Assembly (NCBI RefSeq): GCF_964355755.1
Contig: NC_092672.1
Location: forward strand, 27,720,437 to 27,784,436
Direction: 5' to 3'
Length of the DNA: 64,000 nucleotides
Origin: Antedon mediterranea
Lineage: Eukaryota > Animalia > Echinodermata
Below, piece after piece: positions 37,401 to 46,004 of this stretch (positions are counted from its first letter, which is position 1; each line of letters begins with the position of its first letter). The notes under the pieces are model-generated. The model made no database searches and was not told where the DNA came from. It saw only the letters and a list, made by a program, of their open reading frames with translations. The position numbers and the translations under genes are program-made.

Positions 37401-40400
37401 CTGAAGAATTCAAAAACACTTCTACAATAATTGTAAATTTGGTAGGTTTTGGTTTAAGCCAATTTGTTTAAAACAGCTTGGTAGAGATTTCCTGACTAAT
37501 TCTCAACAAAAAAATGGATAAATTTAAAATTGTGGATAATATTTATATCTACTTCCTGGTTAATTCTAGAAACATAATCGTTTTTACTACTGTGTATAAT
37601 ATAACCATTTAAATAACCATTTAATTATATTTCAGCCATCAGGAACAGGCCAACATGGTATAACAAATTATTACTGCCTTGTTTAAAACAATTTAAACAA
37701 TAATTCCTATGCAAAATAATTATTAATTTATGAGTTTGATTTATTGTTATTAGTAGACCCAATAATGTTAAGGTTATGAACATGAATTGGTTGATCAATT
37801 GAGACAGGTAACTGTGCATTTGCTTTTTCACTTTTTTATTTTACAGTTAACTGAGAGTATAAGTATAAGTGATATATTTGTTCAAGTTCTTAGACTTAGT
37901 GCTGGGAGTGTGATTGCAGATATCAATATACATACTCCAAGTGCAGACACAACTTACGATAATTTTATGAACAGTTTATCAGAAGACTTTAACATATCAG
38001 CAAATAACGGAAAAATTGGAAATTTTTCAATATTTAGCACTGGTAATTCAAAACTTATTCAAACTACTACAATTTGTGTTTGTTATCAGTTTTATAAATT
38101 TATTTTATAAGCTTGTAATTGTATTATATCTTTTAATGTACTGTAATGGTACAGTAATAAAACAATGTACCTTTTATTACAGAGAATTGTAGTAAAGATA
38201 TCATAGAAGGTTTAACATTCGGCTCTTCTGCAGTTGGTCAAAATGTATCATCAGAAGAAGTTTGTCCACAATCTGCAGTCGAATGTAAGCTTCTTTTGTT
38301 TGTATTTGTTTGAACATTTTAAATGACCCGTATTAATATATTTTGTTGATATAATTTTATTGTTAAAAATTTAACTCTGGAAAAAAACCATACACATTGA
38401 TATGGTAGGGCTACTACTACTACTGGTAATCAAACTGTTCATAATGATACATTCCATAAGGTTTGATTTTATGATAAGCAATAAAAAAAAATAAGTGTAC
38501 CAAATTTGCTTTGAACCATGTTATAGATTGAAATGATACATTTCACATTCCCCAGTTTCCATATTCATTTCACAGTATACTGTAAATGTTCATATCATTA
38601 CATTAATAATGACAATACATAGGATGTGAATGTAGCAATAATATTAGTAATTTTATTATGTAATAATGATGCTTGGAAACAAAAAGGTTAGCGATGCAGT
38701 GTAGGCATTATCGTCGTTGTGTTATCTTTTTTTTTTTTTTTTTTTTATTTTAACTTATTTTGTAAGTGCAGTAACGACATGGTAGATTAGAAAGATCAGT
38801 TAGTCATAGGACAGATGTATGACATTATTTATCAAGATAAAAAAGACGCCTACTACCGCTATGTTTGGTTTACTTATTAAGAACGCTAGCACAGACCATG
38901 AAATAAATTCATAGCTTCCCTCGTTCCTATATTTTTTCACGTAGTTTCATCAGTGATTTCCTACGTTCCCTAACACCTGCAGAAACATCGTCGGTGATGA
39001 ATATGCCTGTGAATAAATTATTTTTCAAGCATTTCGTAGGCATAGGGTAGGAGGTGATGCTGATTTTAAGATCGATTGTTATTCTTTGAAACCAGAACAG
39101 TATCAGCAGTAACATATTACAACATTTTTATTGACAAATTGACAAAATATATTGAAATTAAACGTAAATTTCAGCAATAAATAAATTACAAATAGACGCA
39201 TTCCACCGATTTGTAGCCCTCTATTATTTTTGCTCTTTTAGCGCGCCATAGCAACGAAAATATTGAACATGGAGGTTAATACGAAATTCAAGAAAGCGTG
39301 AAACACTCCGTAAATAAAAAATCAGTATTTTAGTGATTCTCCTTTATAAAAAGTACTTATGAGGTCTAATTTTAAGGTGTGGTATTCAGGATAAGTTAGT
39401 TTAACAAATTAATTAATGGAGTGGCGAAACCTCTTGAAACAATCGCAATGGAGTAAATAATATCAACAAAAAAGTGTGTTTGTTGTGAAATAATGGGTGC
39501 AAATATTGAGTTTATTTCTGTTTGTGATAAGTATTTAATTATATTTATTGTAAAAAAAATAATAATAAATTAAACCTACTATGTTTAAAATTATGTATAG
39601 ATAAGCAATTATTGTTTTAAGCTGTCTTTTGTAATCTGTAATCTTAGGTATGGGATCGTGCTTTCGTGATCTTAGGCTTTGTGCCACCCCTAACATGACG
39701 TTGTTTGGTCGTCGGTCGTGACGTAATGTTAAAACTAAAATACTATATATCCTTGTCATAGATGGTATGTCCCTGGGATTTTCTATATGCTTTAGTGATG
39801 GCCTGTCACCTGCCATGTGGCAAGAAGTGATGCATCGAAACTGTAGTGAGGCTACATCTGATCAACTTTTAGAAAGGTTAAATATGGTTAGTATAGACAT
39901 TATTTTATACAATATCTAGTGTTCAAAGAAATGTATTAGATAAGGTTATTGTAATCTTGTAAATGTTTGACCTAAATGTTGTACTTCTAAACTTGTAGAT
40001 AACTGAAAATAAAATATGTAAAAACACATTTTAATATTTATTTATTTATTTTATTATTACAATAAACATGTTGACAATGTAAGTCAATTTCTTTTTCGGC
40101 CGTGTTGTTAGTTTAATAACTGTTATTTTATTATTTATTATTTTACCATTGAAACACCTGTTCTAATCTGAAATTCCAATTTAATTGCGTCTATCGTAAA
40201 CTTAATTTTGAGCTAAGGTTGATTTGCAGAGCATTTTCACTCTGTTTTATTATAATTTATTGTAGATGCCAATTACAGAGGAAAATGCAGAGGAAGTTCT
40301 TCAAGCAGTTAATAACATTACAACAACTGAACCAGATACTATTACACCAGACGGGTTGGAAGCAACTGCAGAAATTATTGAAAGTGTTATTTCTGTAAAT

Positions 40401-43400
40401 TCAAAATCTGCCGAGGTGATTTTATTCATTGTTTTGTTTACTATGCCGTAGATAAACAACCATAGTGAAACTAGAGTTCTTAATATCGTATGTTTGGCTA
40501 TAATACAGGTGACATCAACGTTAGTTGACACTGTTGCTAGTCTGTTTGAAGTAGATGATGATGTACTCTTTGAGAGTCAGATGGAAACACAAGCTCCTAG
40601 TAGAATTGTGGAATCCCTTGAAGAACAATTAGCAGTTGTTGATCTTGAAAACGAAACATATGTATTTATAACTAACACGGTAGCAGTGCAAGCTCAGAGT
40701 TTAAAAAGCAATGAATTGGACAACATGGGAATTGGAATCGCATCTTACCAATCGGCAGATTCTAGTGTAATTGTGAATTTGACAGGATTCATTGAGCCAG
40801 AAGAGCTTGATAATTCTGCGTCTGTGGCATCTGTCAGTATCTATATTCCTGCTATTGACATTCTTGCAAGCTCCGATGGTAAGTGCATTGAGAAACATTA
40901 TAAAACCATAAACAGCATCCATCATCATCCATAATTTATCATAACGTTATATATTATACTTGAGAGAGCCAAGAGCTGCATAAAACACAATATTGAATCT
41001 CGTAATGACTTTTTGTATAGCCATTACTCAGAAACAAGCATGTTTAACAGAACATTGAAAATGATTGTGCCTAGAAATTTTCAGCAAAAAATGTTTCTCT
41101 ACTGATTATTCGATTGTTTTTTTTTTATAATTAGGTGCTAATTTGCGTGTTGTTACAGTGGTATATAATGATAGTTCACTCTTTCCGACAAACCAGTTTG
41201 ATACTGACATCAGGCGACCCAATGGTCAAGTTATTTCAACTTCAATACCCGGTGTTGAACTGAAAAATTTATCAGACCCAATAATAACAACATTTATTCC
41301 TGCTGAGGTAAATATACATTTTCAATGGATTTACGTTGATTGTTAGTTCAGTATACGAAACTATGTTAATAACTATGGCCAAACCATTATTAAGGGAACT
41401 CCCTTATTAAAGTGTGTCAAAATGATACTTTCTCTGGTTTAGTGAGTTTTCTGACCTTATGATCCTTCAGGAAATTACCTTATGCATTCATAATCATCCC
41501 AATGTTTATTTCCTTTATTTCTAGATATCTGAGAATAACAACGAGACCGAGTGTGTGTTTTGGGATTTTGAACTTGATGATGGTAATGGTGGCTGGTCAG
41601 GTACTGGATGCTACTTTGCTAATGGATCATTAGACGGCAGTAACAGACAAATTTGTCATTGTGACCATTTAACAAATTTTGCAATTCTTATGGTAAAATT
41701 ATGAATATTTTATTTTTGTTTAATTGTTGACAAGATTGTTTTTATTATTTTAAAATTAAATCTTGTTTACTGAGGGTGACCTAAAACAACATAAACTGAC
41801 AACCAAATGGTCCTCACAAACGATAAAATAAACATGAATGAGCGTTTAAAAAAAAAATAATCTAGATGATGAAAAACTGTGTTTCGATCATTAAAATAAC
41901 CAAAAGGTTGTTAATGAACATTTTGTGAATATGAATATCTATGGCTGATTTGTAATAGACTTGCCCCAAGTCTGTATTGTCTTTTTTTTAATTTATTTGT
42001 TTTTATTTCGACCGCGATTTTTGTCTGAAAATACAGACTTGTGAAACACGTATAGAAATCGATTTGCAGACCGCAAACATCCGATAAGAATGACGTAGGT
42101 TATCATACCGTATTTGGCTATATGGGGCGGGCGGTATGTAAATATGGATTTCGAATCAACCAATGATCATTTTGTTTTAAAATGAAAAAGATCGAGTACG
42201 TACAGTGCTGAATGTACGATCGAGACTGTTGAAATATAAAATCGTGTTGCCAAGTTGTTTTGTTTACCTCCTTTGTAGGTCCTACTCAACTCGCACGTAT
42301 GACCTGCCAAATAAAACGCCAATAAGGTAGGCCTACATACCACCACCACCGGTACACAACAGGATTCACACACAACAGGGCTACACCACTACACAGAACA
42401 GGACAGGGTGGGAATTCAATCAAATTATCTCCGCCTAATAAATGATCCATTCAATGTTTGATTTGCGGAGAAGCTAGCCTATCATATCAAGACGAGTTTT
42501 CATGTTCTTGGGAAAAATCCCATCAATGTTTATTACCAGACTACTAGGCATATAAAATCATTTCTAGCCTTCAGAAACTGTCATCAATGTATAGTCGGGT
42601 CAAGATATGAAAATATAGGGCCTAACCCCAAAAAAATTGCAAGAAAAGGTTTTTTGATGTATTACAATAAAATAAGGTCTCAAAAAACATATATCAAAAG
42701 TTTACTCAAATTAGACTACCGCAAAGGTCCAAAATTTGACGTTAAAAAAGATGGCCGCCAATTTTTCAAAACTTTCTACAGTTGACCTTATTTTATTGTA
42801 ATTCATCAAAAAACCTTTTCTTGCAATTTTTTTGGGGTAATGAAACAGTTTGACTCGACTAGTACCCAAGTACACATTGTCTAAACGTAACATAGCGCAT
42901 GCGCACCATCTTAGTTGTTGAGTCTTTGAAATTCTGAAATATGAATATTAAAATGGCTGTACGAGTGAGTAGCCAATCGCATGCAGCTGAAACTAGTCAA
43001 CCGGATAATCTATGCATCAAGAATTCTTGGTGTCAAACCACGTGAATTTTGCGTGTTTCCCCAGATGGAGTTGTCAAACTAAAGTAATACACGTATGACA
43101 CGCCATATGTGCAAAAATATTTATATTTTTACTAATATTAAGACAAAACTCCGTCTGGAGCCCAGACTAGATTTGTAAGTCTGGCAGTGTAAGATATTCC
43201 GGAGCAAACTTGTAGACATAGACAGCCGAACTACAGATGTTTTTGGATGTTAACTTGAGGATAGTGTGAGAGGATAAGCTTTGAGGAGGATTTTGCAAAA
43301 TTTGAAGATGTGAGCTTTAAATAATGACTGGTTGTTGCAGCACGATAATAAATTCTTGAACGTAAATGCCGGTACAGCCGTTGTATTTAGTTTCCAGCAT

Positions 43401-45719
43401 AAGTTTAATTTATCTGTACAAAATCTATAGCAATCAAGCCTAAAAGTATTAATTTGGCAATGTGGGTAATAATATGTAATGAATAAAATGAATCGGAATA
43501 AAATACTTTTAATTTGTAATTACATTTTGTTATATTTAGAATTTTTACTCAAGTGATACTACTAGTGATCCTGGTATTCCGATAGTTATAGCAAGGTACA
43601 TCACAAATATTGGTCTTGGTGTTTCAATCGCTTGTTTACTTGCAACTATATTTACCTTTACAACCAACAGGTAGGGCTTAGTTTTTATCATAAGTATTTT
43701 ATACGTTCACTAGAAACTTTGTTGAAATTATGTAAATATTGTAATGTTTTAAAATGTATTCTTATAGCAGAAGTTAACAGTGCATTTTGGGCATTATTAT
43801 TTTTTGTACAATGCATTATAAAGCAGAACTTGTTTATTTTCCTTTTATTTTTCAGAAAGCTACGAAACAGTAAACCACAACAGATTTTATGTCACTTGTG
43901 TGTATCACTACTCGGCTTGTATTTGATCTTTCTCGTTGGAATTGACAGAACAAAAAAACGGCGCGCTTGTACTGTAATCGCTGGACTGATTCACTACTTT
44001 TTGCTCACATCTATCTTTTGGATGTCAGTGCAGGCTATTCATATGTATTATTTATTTGTTAAAGTGTATGATACACACATTTCTAGGTTTTTCTTTAAGG
44101 CCTGTCTTTTTGCTTGGGGTAAGTGGCTCATCATATACTCTAATTTTATCAGAATTCTGTATAAGTGCTATTTTTCAGTACACATTATTGTAAAAAAAAG
44201 ATCAATGTAAAAAAATGTATTAAAAGCATGCCATTGATGATAAAAACTGATGTTGTGTAAGAGATATACACTTGGGAAAATGAATGTACTGGTGTTATGC
44301 ATTATTATTATTTGTTTTAAAGTTTTGTCAATTAGTAATAATGTAAGCTTATCGTAATTACAAATGTTAAATTTATAACATTTACAAACTTTAATTCGTT
44401 AACAATGATAATGCCAATGTGTGAAGTGAAAACAAATCATATGCAAATGGAGGCATATGCTCGATTGGATTATCAAAGCGATGACGGGAATTGTTGTTGA
44501 CAATAATATCGATGCTAGTATCATGTGTACGTGAACAGTTTTCTGATTAAAATATTGTATCTGATCATAATGTTTTCAATATTAACAGGTCTACCAGTTG
44601 TAATTGTTGCTGTAACTGTTGGAATTGATGTTGAAAATTATGCTAATACAGACTAGTAAGTAACGTTAGCCTACTGCACAGATACCAGATTAAACCTCCT
44701 TATCTAATGATATTACTTTTCTTTTCATTCTTTTTTTTATGTACTTTCCATCTATTGTAACATGATCTAATGTATTATTATTATATTATATTATTTGGAA
44801 ACTCTGTTATTAATGTATGGAATTTCCCATTTGTAATGAAAATGTGTTTCAGTTAAGCAAACCATTGTTTACTTTACAAATTTCACATCTACCATTTCAC
44901 ATTTTGCATTCGCAGTATTTGTTTATCCTCACTTTTGTAAATGTCTTGTAAAATAAATGTTATCTCATTTATGGCAGGGTCTAGTCTCGGTTTTGGCAAT
45001 CTTGCAGATATTTTTTGTATTCATGTTTTCCAATTGATAGTAATTAATATGCCTACCTTATATATTTCTAAAATTATCATTGTATTAGTACCTATTTAAT
45101 ATTAATAGTACTAATAATAAACAGTATTTACACTTGTATTACTCTTTTTTTCAGTTGCTTCCTTGCTGTAACCCGTATGTATTACGGCGTAGCATTACCT
45201 ATTGCAGTCACACTACTCACCAATGTGGTTGTATTTGTTATGGTATTACACAGTCTAAGTAAACTTGGCAACGTTGCAAAACAAGCTCACAAAATTCGTA
45301 AGAAGCGGAAGGGCATGTATTTACTACAGAATGCCGTGTGTATATCGGCTGTGATGGGAATGACGTGGCTTATTGGATTCTTTGCAATTGGTAGTGCCTC
45401 CGAGATTGTCCAGTTACTTTTCTGTATCCTGAATTCTTTTCAAGGATTCTTTATATTCGTTATGTATTGTTTCAGAAGTAAAGATATTCGTAGATTTTGG
45501 GCAGACAAAACCTTCAAAAAATGTTACGCGATGTCGTCATCATTTATAGGAGCAAAAAATAGCAATCTGTACTCTAGTGGGGGTAAAAGTACTGGTTTTA
45601 ATTCATCGGCTTCTGGAAGAAACCAAACACATTCAGATTCTAGGAATTATTCAAATAGCAACCAAGTTTCCTTTGCCCGATCTTCACGTGTTTCTAATGA
45701 CTTTAGTTATCGGACGTAA
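1174..45719 (+). CDS. Giant adhesion GPCR, 5'-partial, 52 exons, about 4190 aa: HYR x38 - EGF - Ig - SEA - HormR-like - GAIN/GPS - 7TM
   Basis: Exon chain with AG/GT boundaries (one GC donor) and compatible phases, ending at TAA 45717-45719. GPS CVFWDF..GGWSGTGC..CHCDHL|TNFAILM. Secretin/adhesion-type 7TM motifs (HYFLLTSIFWM, WGLP, GMTWLIG, FCILNSFQGFFIFVMYC). No start codon in the window. Confidence 0.93.
1652..1897 (+). CDS. aGPCR exon 2, HYR type B
   Basis: 246 bp, phase 1-1; DNEDP..CP..SWIEPTATDNSG..FPIG. Confidence 0.88.
2124..2378 (+). CDS. aGPCR exon 3, HYR type C
   Basis: 255 bp, phase 1-1; CP..VTWVEPTATDNSG..FPIGDT. Confidence 0.88.
3143..3388 (+). CDS. aGPCR exon 4, HYR type B
   Basis: 246 bp, phase 1-1; paralog of exon 2. 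Confidence 0.88.
3574..3828 (+). CDS. aGPCR exon 5, HYR type C
   Basis: 255 bp, phase 1-1. Confidence 0.88.
4351..4635 (+). CDS. aGPCR exon 6, HYR type A
   Basis: 285 bp, phase 1-1. Confidence 0.88.
4807..4944. repeat. Long imperfect palindrome, probably part of a non-autonomous DNA element
   Basis: aatataagattt..gggaatgatatt..gggaatatatatttccc paired with gggaaatatatattccc..aatatcattccc..aaatcttatatt. Confidence 0.6.
5843..5952 (+). mobile_element. Miniature Helentron-associated element (HINE/DINE-1-like)
   Basis: T-run, AGTCGCGTG subTIR with 5' palindrome, GGTC-like microsatellite, CACGCGACT subTIR, GCCAT-ATGGC hairpin, CTTGT end. Confidence 0.72.
6593..6847 (+). CDS. aGPCR exon 7, HYR type C
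   Basis: 255 bp, phase 1-1. Confidence 0.88.
7992..8276 (+). CDS. aGPCR exon 8, HYR type A
   Basis: 285 bp, phase 1-1. Confidence 0.88.
8613..8867 (+). CDS. aGPCR exon 9, HYR type C
   Basis: 255 bp, phase 1-1. Confidence 0.88.
9626..10440 (-). mobile_element. HINE/DINE-1-like element, about 0.8 kb
   Basis: Reverse complement of 12325-13122; subTIRs, two GTCY/GTCG microsatellite blocks, 3' hairpin. Confidence 0.8.
11480..11715 (+). repeat. G-rich low-complexity tract with poly-G (11662-11687)
   Basis: Multiple G runs in otherwise AT-rich DNA. Confidence 0.6.
12325..13122 (+). mobile_element. HINE/DINE-1-like element, about 0.8 kb
   Basis: tttttAGTCGCGTGgaaGCGACT...(GTCG/GTCT)n...gCACGCGACTtaatGGCtgttgGCCttgt, in T-rich flanks with no TSD. 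Confidence 0.8.
13559..13843 (+). CDS. aGPCR exon 10, HYR type A
   Basis: 285 bp, phase 1-1. Confidence 0.88.
14066..14225 (+). pseudogene. Truncated type-B HYR pseudoexon (5' half only)
   Basis: cag|AT then DNEEPILYTCPINDTTVNTTTGQPTANISCIESTVMDNSG; 3' half and donor lost. Confidence 0.75.
14341..14595 (+). CDS. aGPCR exon 11, HYR type C
   Basis: 255 bp, phase 1-1. Confidence 0.88.
15767..16051 (+). CDS. aGPCR exon 12, HYR type A
   Basis: 285 bp, phase 1-1. Confidence 0.88.
17021..17175 (+). pseudogene. Decayed type-B HYR pseudoexon
   Basis: Paralog of 14066 with the original acceptor region deleted. Confidence 0.7.
17289..17543 (+). CDS. aGPCR exon 13, HYR type C
   Basis: 255 bp, phase 1-1. 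Confidence 0.88.
18200..18484 (+). CDS. aGPCR exon 14, HYR type A
   Basis: 285 bp, phase 1-1. Confidence 0.88.
19099..19258 (+). pseudogene. Truncated type-B HYR pseudoexon
   Basis: Paralog of 14066 retaining ISWIE and the acceptor; no donor. Confidence 0.75.
19375..19629 (+). CDS. aGPCR exon 15, HYR type C
   Basis: 255 bp, phase 1-1. Confidence 0.88.
20769..21011 (+). mobile_element. 3' end fragment of a non-LTR retrotransposon (CR1/L2-type tail)
   Basis: Absent from paralogous introns (ctttattgatgtttctctaacag); GGGGCAACT..AGTTGCCCC stem, then aataaataaatgaaatga tail. Confidence 0.55.
21054..21338 (+). CDS. aGPCR exon 16, HYR type A
   Basis: 285 bp, phase 1-1. Confidence 0.88.
23060..23317 (+). 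CDS. aGPCR exon 17, HYR type C
   Basis: 258 bp, phase 1-1. Confidence 0.88.
23389..24536. repeat. 139-bp direct duplication (23389-23527 and 24398-24536) flanking an 870-bp insert that ends in a 60-bp-stem hairpin
   Basis: The direct repeats differ at one base; hairpin arms 24277-24336 and 24341-24400; a third arm copy starts at 23526. Confidence 0.85.
24060..24102. mobile_element. 43-bp palindromic miniature element, P-superfamily-like
   Basis: TIR CAAAGATTATATAG / CTATATAATCTTTG with 7-bp TSD GTAGAAG (24053-24059, 24103-24109). Confidence 0.65.
24581..24865 (+). CDS. aGPCR exon 18, HYR type A
   Basis: 285 bp, phase 1-1. Confidence 0.88.
24924..25090. repeat. Diverged tandem duplication of about 90 bp
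   Basis: ggcat.ag.attgtgg..tagtactcc..atatttttagtaactga..tcaaataaaacagaag occurs twice. Confidence 0.6.
25264..25518 (+). CDS. aGPCR exon 19, HYR type C (divergent)
   Basis: 255 bp, phase 1-1. Confidence 0.82.
25528..26810 (+). mobile_element. HINE-like element of a second family, 3' end unresolved
   Basis: ttattAGGTGATCATTT..AAATGATCACCTattgttattg 5' hairpin; internal recurring tgacgtcat and cgtaatttcacc motifs. Confidence 0.5.
27121..27405 (+). CDS. aGPCR exon 20, HYR type A (divergent)
   Basis: 285 bp, phase 1-1. Confidence 0.85.
27579..27830 (+). CDS. aGPCR exon 21, HYR type D
   Basis: 252 bp, phase 1-1; DIEPPEVLTCP..VNWEIPTFQDN..FQLGTT. Confidence 0.88.
27963..28202 (+). CDS. aGPCR exon 22, HYR type E
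   Basis: 240 bp, phase 1-1; DDEPPVLECP..WSEPTYTDNSG..FTFGTH. Confidence 0.88.
28521..28763 (+). CDS. aGPCR exon 23, HYR type F
   Basis: 243 bp, phase 1-1; DKEPPVISDCP..VTWKEPAADDN..FYIGDT. Confidence 0.88.
28953..29204 (+). CDS. aGPCR exon 24, HYR type D
   Basis: 252 bp, phase 1-1. Confidence 0.88.
29344..29583 (+). CDS. aGPCR exon 25, HYR type E
   Basis: 240 bp, phase 1-1. Confidence 0.88.
29902..30144 (+). CDS. aGPCR exon 26, HYR type F
   Basis: 243 bp, phase 1-1. Confidence 0.88.
30334..30585 (+). CDS. aGPCR exon 27, HYR type D
   Basis: 252 bp, phase 1-1. Confidence 0.88.
30719..30958 (+). CDS. aGPCR exon 28, HYR type E
   Basis: 240 bp, phase 1-1. Confidence 0.88.
31278..31520 (+). 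CDS. aGPCR exon 29, HYR type F
   Basis: 243 bp, phase 1-1. Confidence 0.88.
31710..31961 (+). CDS. aGPCR exon 30, HYR type D
   Basis: 252 bp, phase 1-1. Confidence 0.88.
32094..32333 (+). CDS. aGPCR exon 31, HYR type E
   Basis: 240 bp, phase 1-1. Confidence 0.88.
32653..32895 (+). CDS. aGPCR exon 32, HYR type F
   Basis: 243 bp, phase 1-1. Confidence 0.88.
33068..33319 (+). CDS. aGPCR exon 33, HYR type D
   Basis: 252 bp, phase 1-1. Confidence 0.88.
33452..33691 (+). CDS. aGPCR exon 34, HYR type E
   Basis: 240 bp, phase 1-1. Confidence 0.88.
33868..34110 (+). CDS. aGPCR exon 35, HYR type F
   Basis: 243 bp, phase 1-1. Confidence 0.88.
34341..34583 (+). CDS. aGPCR exon 36, HYR type F (alternative in-frame start at 34281)
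   Basis: 243 bp, phase 1-1; a leftover D-type acceptor lies 60 nt upstream, in frame. Confidence 0.82.
34779..35030 (+). CDS. aGPCR exon 37, HYR type D
   Basis: 252 bp, phase 1-1. Confidence 0.88.
35089..35190 (+). mobile_element. 5'-truncated mini HINE of the same family as 12325-13122
   Basis: atagttcactatgt(GTCY)n..ccggtatcactatgc..gcacgcgact..ggccttgt inserted in a T-run; absent from five paralogous introns. Confidence 0.85.
35267..35506 (+). CDS. aGPCR exon 38, HYR type E with GC donor
   Basis: 240 bp; donor G|gcaagc where paralogs have G|gtaagc. Confidence 0.78.
35670..35783 (+). CDS. aGPCR exon 39, EGF-like domain
   Basis: DSCSSLPCQNGGTCVQLDTNLMCICPILYEGNLCQTIP, six-Cys EGF spacing, phase 1-1; not in the ORF track. 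Confidence 0.92.
36659..36931 (+). CDS. aGPCR exon 40, Ig-like domain
   Basis: VTFQC..WRWYKD..LTINEV..NQGYYYC, 273 bp, phase 1-1. Confidence 0.9.
37329..37441 (+). CDS. aGPCR exon 41, SEA domain N-half
   Basis: DAFTVPVSVSFLNLQFTSVLTDSSSEEFKNTSTIIVNL, phase 1-0. Confidence 0.85.
37847..38042 (+). CDS. aGPCR exon 42, SEA domain C-half
   Basis: VQVLRLSAGSVIAD (GSVVV-type motif), phase 0-1. Confidence 0.85.
38183..38284 (+). CDS. aGPCR exon 43, HormR-like N-part
   Basis: ENCSKDIIEGLTFGSSAVGQNVSSEEVCPQSAVE, phase 1-1. Confidence 0.8.
39762..39886 (+). CDS. aGPCR exon 44, HormR-like C-part
   Basis: YGMSLGFSICFSDGLSPAMWQEVMHRNCSEATSDQLLERLNM (C..W..C), phase 1-0. Confidence 0.8.
40266..40415 (+). 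CDS. aGPCR exon 45, GAIN subdomain A
   Basis: MPITEENAEEVLQAVNNITT.., 150 bp, phase 0-0. Confidence 0.88.
40509..40878 (+). CDS. aGPCR exon 46, GAIN
   Basis: VTSTLVDTVASL..APSRIVESLEEQL..SIYIP, phase 0-1. Confidence 0.88.
41135..41307 (+). CDS. aGPCR exon 47, GAIN subdomain B
   Basis: RVVTVVYNDSSLF..GQVISTSI..KNLSDPIITTF, phase 1-0. Confidence 0.9.
41525..41692 (+). CDS. aGPCR exon 48, GPS motif and tethered agonist
   Basis: CVFWDFELDDGNGGWSGTGC..CHCDHLTNFAILM, phase 0-0; not in the ORF track. Confidence 0.95.
42592..42861. mobile_element. MITE with terminal and long internal inverted repeats
   Basis: tagtcgggtcaa / ttgactcgacta ends; internal ccccaaaaaaattgcaagaaaagg..aataaaataaggtc is mirrored at about 42784-42837. 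Confidence 0.6.
43540..43670 (+). CDS. aGPCR exon 49, TM1
   Basis: YITNIGLGVSIACLLATIFTF, phase 0-2. Confidence 0.9.
43856..44118 (+). CDS. aGPCR exon 50, TM2-TM4
   Basis: ILCHLCVSLLGLYLIFLVG..CTVIAGLIHYFLLTSIFWMSVQAIHMY..FAW, phase 2-1. Confidence 0.92.
44589..44655 (+). CDS. aGPCR exon 51, TM4/ECL2
   Basis: GLPVVIVAVTVGIDVENYANTDY, phase 1-2. Confidence 0.88.
45155..45719 (+). CDS. aGPCR terminal exon 52, TM5-TM7 and Ser-rich tail
   Basis: CFL..YYGVALPIAVTLLTN..GMTWLIG..LFCILNSFQGFFIFVMYC..SYRT stop. Confidence 0.93.
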
Positions 45720-45866
45720 CGTCTGATTACGTATAGTTAACACATTAATGGCAAGTGATTAGGTATATTCCATCCTAAATGTTTTGAGAGAACAACAGAT
45801 AATGTATCCTCAAACTATAGATGTACAATACAATACTCCGCTTTTCCGAAGTACTTTGATTGGAAA

Positions 45867-45872
45867 AATAAA
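45867..45872 (+). promoter_or_regulatory. Candidate polyadenylation signal AATAAA for the aGPCR
   Basis: First AATAAA about 150 nt after the stop; weak evidence in AT-rich DNA. Confidence 0.3.
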
Positions 45873-46004
45873 CGGACTACTAATTATTTTCCTTATTACT
45901 ACATAATTAAAACAAAACTAATATTTTAAAATGTGCCTTTCCATTATCAACAATAATTAATCTTGCTGGTTGATTATATTATTTAAAGCTTAGGATCAAA
46001 ATTC

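Noticed and set aside
43632-43855. 5' part of the 192-aa ORF as extra TM segments
   Set aside because: Mostly intron 49; the true exon starts at 43856 and TM1 is in another frame at 43540-43670.
45705-45719. C-terminal PDZ-binding motif
   Set aside because: The tail ends SYRT, without a hydrophobic terminal residue.
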